Positions 53,801 through 64,000 of a stretch of 64,000 nt of DNA are shown here, piece by piece. Below the pieces are notes generated by a model. The model was given only the letters and a program-made list of their open reading frames with translations, was not told where the DNA came from and did no database searches. The stretch comes from the human T2T-CHM13v2.0 reference genome, Homo sapiens, in the NCBI RefSeq assembly GCF_009914755.1, contig NC_060927.1. One strand, 5' to 3'. Both the position numbers and the translations under genes were made by a program. Each line of letters begins with the position of its first letter. The first letter of the stretch is position 1.

Positions 53801-56800
53801 ATATAGATTATATACTGTACATTAAATACCAAAGTACCCCAAATATATATTTTATACTGTACATGAAATATCAAAGTTCACAAACTATATATTATATACT
53901 GTACATAAAATATCAATGTACCCAAGGTATATATTCTATACTGCACAAAAAATATCAAAGTACCCAAAGCATGTATTATATACTGTATATAAAATATGAA
54001 AGTACATCAAATATATATTTTATTCTGTACATAAAATATCAAAGTACACCAGATATATATTCTATAGTGTACATAAAATATCAAAGTACCCAAACTATAC
54101 ATTATATACTGTACATAAAATATGAAATTACATCAAATATATATTATATTAGGTACATAAAATACGAAAGTACATCAAATATAGATTATATACTGTACAT
54201 AAAATATCAAAGTACCCCAATATATATTATATACTGTACATGAAATATCAAAGTTCACAAACTATATATTATGTACTGTACATAAAATATCAAAGTACCC
54301 AAGGTATATATTCTATACTGTACAAAAAATATCAAAGTACCCAAAGCATGTATTATATAATGTACATAAAATATGAAAGTACATCAAATATATATTTTAT
54401 TCTGTACATAAAATATCAAAGAACACCAGATATATATTCTATAGTGTACATAAAATATCAAAGTACCCAAACTATACATTATATACAGTACATAAAATAT
54501 GAAATTACATCATATATATATTAGGTACATAAAATATGAAAGTACATCAAATATATATTTTATTCTGTACATAAAATATCAAAGTACACCAGATATATAT
54601 TCTATAGTGTACATAAAATATCAAAGTACCCAAACTATACATTATATACTGTACATAAAATATGAAATTACAGCAAATATATATTAGGTACATAAAATAT
54701 GAAAGTACATCAAATATAGATTATATACTGTACATAAAATATCAAAGTACCCTAAATATATATTATATAATATACATGAAATATCAAAGTTCACAAACTA
54801 TATATTATATACTGTACATAAAATATCAAAGTACCCAAGGTATATATTCTATACTGTACAAAAAATATCAAAGTACCCAAAGCATGTATTATATACTGTA
54901 TATAAAATATGAAAGTACATCAAATATATATTGGGTTCATAAAATATGAAAGTACATCAAATATAGATTATATACTGTACCTAAAATATCAAAGTACCCC
55001 AAATATATATTATATACTCTACATGAAATATCAAAGTTCACAAACTATATATTATATACTGTACATAAAATATAAAACTAACCAAGGTATATATTCTATA
55101 CTGTACAAAAAATATCAAAGTACCCAAAGCATGTATTATATACTGTATATAAAATATGAAAGTACATCAAATATATATTTTATTCTGCACATAAAATATC
55201 AAAATACACCAGATATATATTCTATAGTGTACATAAAATTACAAAGTACACAAACTATAAATTATATACTGTACATAAAATATGAAATTACATCAAGTAT
55301 CTATTAGGTACATAAAATATTAACGTACATCAAATATAGATTTTATACTGTACATAAAATATCAATGTACCCCAAATATATATTTTATACTCTACATGAA
55401 ATATCAAAGTTCACAAACCATATATGATATACTGTACTTAAAATATCAAAGTACCCAAGGTATATATTCTATACTGTACAAAAAATATCAAAGTACCCAA
55501 AGCATGTATTATATACTAAACATAAAATATGAAAGTACATCAAATGTATATTTTATTCTGTACATAAAATATGAAAGTACACCAGATATATATTCTATAG
55601 TGTACATAAAATATCAAAGTACCCAAACTATACATTATATACTGTACATAAAATATGAAATTACATCAAATATATATTATATTAGGTACATAAAATATGA
55701 AAGTACATCAAATATAAATTATATACTGTACATTAAATACCAAAGTACCCCAAATATATATTTTATACTGTACATGAAATATCAAAGTTCACAAAGTATA
55801 TATTATATACTGTACATAAAATAACAAAGTATCCAAGGTATATATTCTGTACTGTACAAAAAATATCGAAGTACCCAAAGCATGTATTATATACTGTACA
55901 TAAAATATGAAAGTACATCAAATATATATTTTATTCTGTACATAAAATATCAAAGTACACCAGATATATATTCTATAGTGTACATAAAATATCAATGTAC
56001 CCAAACTATACATTACATACTGTACATAAAATATGAAATTACATCAAATATATATTATATTAGGTACATAAATATGAAAGTACATCAAATATAGATTATA
56101 TACTGTACATAAAATATCAAAGTACCCAAGGTATATATTCTATACTGTACAAAAAATATCAAAGTACCCAAAGCATGTATTATATACTGTATATAAAATA
56201 TGAAAGTACATCAAATATGTATTTTATTCTGCACATAAAATATCAAAGTACACCAGATATATATTCTATACTGTATATAAAATAACAAAGTACAAAAACT
56301 ATAAATTATATACTGTACATAAAATATGAAATAACATCAAATATATATTAGGTACATAAAATATGAACGTACATCAAATATAGATTATATACTGTACATA
56401 AAATATCAATGTACCCCAAATATATATTTTATACTCTACATGAAATATCAAAGTTCACAAACCATATATTATATACTGTACATAAAATATCAAAGTACTC
56501 AAGGTATATATTCTATACTGTACAAAAAATATCAAAGTACCCAAAGCATGTATTATATACTGTACATAAAATATGAAAGTACATCAAATATATATTTTAT
56601 TCTGTACATAAAATATCAAAGTACACCAGATATATATTCTATAGTGTACATAAAATATCAAAGTACCCAAACTATACATTATATACTGTACATAAAATAT
56701 GAAATTACATCAAATATATTTTATATTAGGTACATAAACTATGAAAGTACATCATATATAGATTATATACTGTACATTAAATACCAAAGTACCCCAAATA

Positions 56801-59800
56801 TATATTTTATACTGTACGTGAAATATCAAAGTTCACAAACCATATATTATATACTGTACATAAAATATGAAAGTACCCAAGGTATATATTCTATACTGTA
56901 CAAAAAATATCAAAGTACCCAAAGCATGTATTATATACTGTACATGAAATATGAAAGTACATCAAATATATATTTTATTCTGCACATAAAATATCAAAGT
57001 ACACCAGATATATATTCTATAGTGTACATAAAATATCAAGGTACCCAAACTATACATTATATACTGTACATAAAATATGAAATTACATCAAATATATATT
57101 AGGTACATAAAATATGAAAGTACATCAAATATAGATTATATACTGTACATTAAATACCAAAGTACCCCAAATATATATTTTATACTGTACATGAAATATC
57201 AAAGTTCACAAACTATATATTATATATTGTACATAAAATATCAAAGTACCCAAGGTATATATTCTATACTGTACAAAAGATATCAACGTACCCAAAGCAT
57301 GTATTATATACTGTACATAAAATATGAAAGTACATCAAATATATATTTTATTCTGTACATAAAATATCAAAGTACACCAGATATATATTCTATACTGTAC
57401 ATAAAATAACAAAGTACACAAACTATACATTATATACTGTACATAAAATATGAAATTACATCAAATATATATTATGTACATAAAATATGAAAGTACATCA
57501 AATATAGATTATATACTGAACATATAATATCAATGTACCCCAAATATATATTTTATACTTTATATGAAATATCAAAGTTCAGAAACCATACATTATATAC
57601 TGTACATAAAATATCAAAGTACCCAAGGTATATATTCTATACTGTACAAAAAATATCAAAGTACCCAAAGCATGTATTATATACTGTACATAAAATATGA
57701 AAGTACATCAAATATATATTTTATTCTGTACATAAAATATCAAAGTACACCAGATATATATTCTATAGTGTACATAAAATATCAAAGTACCCAAACTATA
57801 CATTATATACTGTACATAAAATATGAAATTACATCAAATATATATTAGGTACATAAAATATGAAAGTACATAAAATATAGATTATATACTGTACATAAAA
57901 TATCAAAGTACCCCAAATATATATTATATACTCTATATGAAATATCAAATTTCACAAACTATATATTATATACTGTACATAAAATATCAAAGTACCCAAG
58001 GTATATATTCTATACTGTACAAAAAATATCAGAGTACCCAAAGCATGTATTATATACTGTATATAAAATATGAAAGTACATTAAAGATATATTTTATTCT
58101 GTACAAAAAATATCAAAGTACACCAGATATATATTCTATAGTGTACATAAAATAACAATGTACACAAACTATAAATTATATACTGTACATAAAATATGAA
58201 ATTACATCAAATATATATTAGGTACATAAAATATGAAAGTACATCAAATATAGATTATATACTGTACATTAAATACCAAAGTAACCCAAATATATATTTT
58301 ATACTCTACATGAAATATCAAAGTTCACAAACCATACATTATATACTGTACATAAAATATCAAAGTACCCAAGGTATATATTCTATACTGTACAAATAAT
58401 ATCAAACTACCCAAAGCATGTATTATAAACTGTACCTAAAATATGAAAGTACATCAAATATATATTTTATTCTGTACATAGAATATCAAAGTACACCTGA
58501 TATATATTCTATAGTGTACATAAAATATCAAAGTACCCAAACTATACATTATATACTGTACATAAAATATGAAATTACATCAAATATATATTAGGTACAT
58601 AAAATATGAAAGTACATAAAATATAGATTATATACTGTACATAAAATATCAAAGTACCCCAAATATATATTATATACTCTACATGAAATATCAAAGTTCA
58701 CAAACTATATATTATATACTGTACATAAAATATCAAAGTACCCAAGGTATATATTCTATACTGTACAAAAAATATCAAAGTACCCAAAGGATGTATTATA
58801 TACTGTACATAAAATATGAAAGTACATCAAATATATATTTTATTCTGTACATAAAATATCAAAGTACACCCGATATATATTCTATAGTGTACATAAAATA
58901 ACAAAGTACCCAAACTATACATTATATACTGTACATAAAATATGAAATTACATCAAATATATATTAGGTACATAAAATATGAAAGTACATCAAATATAGA
59001 TTATATACTGTACATAAAATATCAAAGTACCCCAAATATATATTTTATACCGTACATGAAATACCAAATTTCACAAACTATATATTATATACTGTACATA
59101 AAATATCAAAGTACCCAAGGTATATATTCTATACTGTACAAAAAATATCAAAGTACCAAAAGCATGTATTATATACTGTACATAAAATATGAAAGTACAT
59201 CAAATATATATTTTATTCTGTACATAAAATATCAAAGTACACCAGACATATATTCTATAGTGTACATAAAATATCAAAGTACCCAAACTATACATTATAT
59301 ACTGTACATAAAATATGATATTACATCAAATATATTTTAAATTAGGTACATAAAATATGAAAGTACATCAAATATAGATTATATGCTGTACATTAAATAC
59401 CAAAGTACCCCAAATATATATTTTATACTGTACATGAAATATCAAAGTTCACAAACTATATATTATATACTGTATATAAAATATCAAAGTACCCAAGGTA
59501 TATATTCTATACGGTACCAAAAATATCAAAGTACCCAAAGCACGTATTATATACTGTACATAAAATATGAAAGTACATCAAATATATATTTTATTCTGTA
59601 CATAAAATATCAAAGTACACCAGATATATATTCTATAGTGTACATAAAATATCAAAGTACCCAAACTATACATTATATACTGTACATAAAATATGAAATT
59701 ACACCAAATATATATTAGGTACATAAAATATGAAAGTACATCAAATATAGATTATATACTGTACATAAAACATCAATGTACCCCAAATATATATTATATA

Positions 59801-62800
59801 CTCTACATGAAATATCAAAGTTCACACACTATATATTATATACTGTACATAAAATAAAGTACCCAAGGTACATATTCTATACTGTACAAAAAATATCAAA
59901 GTACCCAAAGCGTGTATTATATACTGTATATAAAATATGAAAGTACATCTAATATATATTTTATTCTGTACATAAAATATCAAAGTACACCAGATATATA
60001 TTCTATAGTGTACATAAAATAACAAAGTACAAAAACTATAAATTATATACTGTACATAAAATATGAAATTACATCAAATATATATTAGGTACATAAAATA
60101 TGAAAGTACATCAAATATAGATTATATACTGTAGATAAAATATCAATGTACCCCAAATATATATTTTATACTCTACATGAAATATCAAACTTCACAAACC
60201 ATATATTATATACTGTACATAAAATATTGAAGTACCCAAGGTATATATTCTATACTATACAAAAAATATCAAAGTACCCAAAGCATGTATTATATACTGT
60301 ACATAAAATATGAAAGTACATCCAATATATATTTTATTCTGTACATAAAACATCAAAGTACACCAGATATATATTCTATAGTGTACATAAAATATCAAAG
60401 TACCCAAACTATACATTATATACTGTACATAAAATATGAAATTACATCAAATATATTTTATATTAGGTACATAAAATATGAAAGTACATCAAATATAGAT
60501 TATATACTGTACATTAAATACCAAAGTATCCCAAATATATATTTTATACTGTACATGAAATATCAAAGTTCACAAACTATATATTATATACTGTACATAT
60601 AATATCAAAGTACCCAAGGTATATATTCTATACTGTACAAAAAATAACAAAGTACCAAAAGCATGTATTATATACTGTACATAAAATATGAAAGTACATC
60701 AAATATATATTTTATTCTGTACATAAAATATCAAAGTACACCAGATATATATTCTATAGTGTACATAAAATATCAAAGTACCCAAACTATACATTATATT
60801 CTGTACATAAAATATGAAATTACATCAAATATATATTAGGTACATAAAATATGAAAGTACATCAAATATAGATTATATACTGTACATAAAATATCAAAGT
60901 ACCCCAAATATATATTATATACTCTACATGAAATATCAAAGTTCACAAACTATATATTATATACTGTACATAAAATATCAAAGTACCCAATGTATATATT
61001 CTATACTGTACAAAAAATATCAAAGTACCCAATGCATGTATTATACACTGTACATAAAATATGAAAGTACATCAAATATATACTTTATTTTGTACATAAA
61101 ATATCAATGTACACCAGATATATATTCTATAGTGTACATAAAATAACAAAGTACACAAACTATAAATTATATACTGTACATAAAATATGAAATTACATCA
61201 AATATATATTAGGTACATAAAATATGAAAGTACATCAAATATAGATTATATACTGTACATATATTATCAATGTACCCCAAATATGTATTTTATACTCTAC
61301 ATGAAATATCAAAGTTCACAAACCATATATTATATACTGTACATAAAATATCAAAGTACCCAAGGTATATATTCTATACTGTACAAAAAATATCAAAGTA
61401 CCCAAAGCATGTTTTATATACTGTACATAAAATATGAAAGTACATCAAATATATATTTTATTCTGTACATAAAATATCAAAGTACACCAGATATATATTC
61501 TATAGTGTACATAAAATATCAAAGTACCCAAACTATACATTATATACTGTACATAAAATATGAAATTACATCAAATATATTTTATATTAGGTACATAAAA
61601 TACGAAAGTACATCAAATATAGATTATATACTGTACATTAAATACCAAAGTACCCCAAATATATATTTTATACTGTACATGAAATATCAAAGTTCACAAA
61701 CTATATATTATATACTGTACATATAATATCAAAGTACCCAAGCTATATATTCTATACTGTACAAAAAATAACAAAGTACCAAATCCATGTATTATATACT
61801 GTACCTAAAATATGAAAGTACATGAAATATATATTTTATTCTGTACATGAAATATCAAAGTACACCAGATATATATTCTATAGTGTACATAAAATATCAA
61901 AGTTCCCAAACTATACATTATATACTGTACATAAAATATGAAATTACATCAAATATATATTATATTAGGTACATTAAATATGAAAGTACATCAAATATAG
62001 ATTATATACTGTACATAAAATATCAAAGTACCCCAAATATATATTATATACTCTACATGAAATATCAAAGTTCACAAGCTATATATTATATACTGTATAT
62101 AAAATATCAAAGTACCCAAGGTATATATTCTATACTGTACAAAAAATATCAAAGTACCCAAAGCATGTATTATATACTGTACATAAAATATGAAAGTACA
62201 TCAAATATATATTTAATTCTGTACTTAATATATCAAAGTACACCGGATATATATTCTATAGTGTACATAAAATAACAAAGTATACAAACTATAAATTATA
62301 TACTGTACATAAAATATGAAATTACATCAAATATATATTAGGTACATAAAATATGAAAGTACATCAAATATAGATTATATACTGTACATAAAATATCAAT
62401 GTACCCCAAATATATATTTTATACTATACATGAAATATCAAAGTTCACAAACCATATTTTGTATACTGTACATAAAATATCAAAGTACCCAAGGTATATA
62501 TTTTATAGTCTACAAAAAATATCAAAATACCCAAAGCATGTATTATATACTGTACATAAAATATGAAAGTACATCGAATATATATTTTATTCTGTACATA
62601 AAATATCAAAGTACACCAGATATATATTCTATAGTGTACATAAAATATCAAAGTACCCAAACTATACATTATATTCTGTACATAAAACATGAAATTACAT
62701 CAAATATATATTAGGTACATAAAATATGAAAGTACATCAAATATAGATTATATACTGTACATAAAATATCAAAGTACCCCAAATATATATTATATACTCT

Positions 62801-64000
62801 ACATGAAATATCAAAGTTCACAAACTATATATTATATTCTGTACATAAAATATGAAATTACATCAAATATATATTATATTAGGTATATAAAATATGAAAG
62901 TACATCAAATATATATTTTATTCTGTACATAAAATATCAATGTACACCAGATATATATTCTATAGTGTACATAAAATATCAAAGTACCCAAACTATACAT
63001 TATATACAGTACATAAAATATGAAATTACTTCAAATATATATTATATTAGGTACATAAAATATGAAAGTACATCAAATATAGATTATATACTGTACATAA
63101 AATATCAAAGTACCCCAAATATATATTATATTCTCTACATGAAATATCGAAGTTCACAAACTATATATTATATACTGTACATAAAATATCAAAGTACCCA
63201 AGGTATATATTCTATACTGCACAAAAAATTTCAAAGTACCCAAATCATGTATTATATACTGTATATAAAATATGAAAGTACATCAAATATATATTTTATT
63301 CTGTACATAAAATATCAAAGTACACCAGATATATATTCTATAGTGTACATAAAATAACAAAGTACACAAACTATAAATTATATACTGTACATAAAATATG
63401 AAATTTCATCAAATATATATTAGGTACATAAAATATGAAAGTACATCAAATATAGATTATATACTGTACATATATTATCAATGTACCCCAAATATGTATT
63501 TTATACTCTACATGAATTATCAAAGTTCACAAACCATATATTATATACTGTACATAAAATATCAAAGTACCCAAGGTATATATTCTATACTGTACAAAAA
63601 ATATCAAAGTACCCAAAGCATGTTTTATATACTGTACATAAAATATGAAAGTACATCAAATATATATTTTATTCTGTACATAAAATATCAAAGTACACCA
63701 GATATATATTCTACAGTGTACATAAAATATCAATGTATCCAAACTATACATTATATACTGTACATAAAATATGAAATTACATCAAATATATTTTATATTA
63801 GGTACATAAAATATGAAAGCACATCAAATATTGATTATATACTGTACATAAAATATCAAAGTACCCCAAATATATATTATATACTCTACATGAAATATCA
63901 AAGTTCACAAACTATATATTATATACTGTACATAAAATAAAGTACCCAAGGTACATATTCTATACTGTACAAAAAATATCAAAGTACCCAAAGCATGTAT
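29821..64000 (+). repeat. Human satellite 1A (HSat1A, classical satellite I, SAR): 42-bp tandem repeat organised as 378/373-bp 9-mers; runs off the window end
   Basis: The unit is 17-bp ACATAAAATATCAAAGT plus 25-bp ACCCAAACTATACATTATATACTGT, delimited by GTAC (RsaI) sites, the classical satellite I A-B structure. It is extremely AT-rich and almost CpG-free. Nine distinguishable monomer types recur in order (visible as nine 14-aa blocks in the ORF track). atgaaatatcaaagttcac anchors are spaced 378 or 373 bp. Confidence 0.96.

Noticed and set aside
30222-63940. Long Tyr/Ile/Lys-rich repeat ORFs (up to 436 aa) as real repeat proteins
   Set aside because: They are a direct translation of the 42-bp satellite, with frequent stops and frameshifts and no unique N- or C-terminal sequence or gene context.
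29821-64000. CRISPR-like array (constant 17-bp part alternating with variable 25-bp part)
   Set aside because: The variable parts are homologous to one another and recur in a fixed 9-cycle rather than being unique spacers. There are no cas genes, and the sequence is human satellite I.
1-64000. Inversion within either array
   Set aside because: All CENP-B boxes keep the same orientation, and HSat1A keeps the same strand (acataaaatatcaaagt on +) throughout as far as could be read.

Overview
This window contains no genes. It is entirely human-type centromeric satellite DNA in two abutting arrays. Bases 1-29820 are a highly homogeneous alpha-satellite higher-order repeat (HOR) array of ~171-bp monomers, with CENP-B boxes read on the minus strand. 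It is built from 2891-bp 17-mers, a 2894-bp 17-mer variant (+3 bp) and a 2553-bp 15-mer deletion variant, arranged as an 8338-bp (49-monomer) super-repeat. Unit size and organisation fit the chromosome 3 active array D3Z1. At 29817-29820 the array breaks mid-monomer and joins, through a 4-bp CAAA microhomology with no filler, to a very AT-rich HSat1A (classical satellite I / SAR) array running to the window end. That array has a 42-bp unit (17+25 bp), 378/373-bp 9-mers and a mosaic of kb-scale duplications. All listed ORFs are repeat artefacts. I found no evidence of a new protein-coding system. The interesting signal is structural: the junction, the cluster of private mutations beside it, the super-HOR and the recombination history readable from shared variants. 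Alpha/HSat1A adjacency in the chr3 centromere is itself already known from complete human assemblies. All alignments were done by eye.
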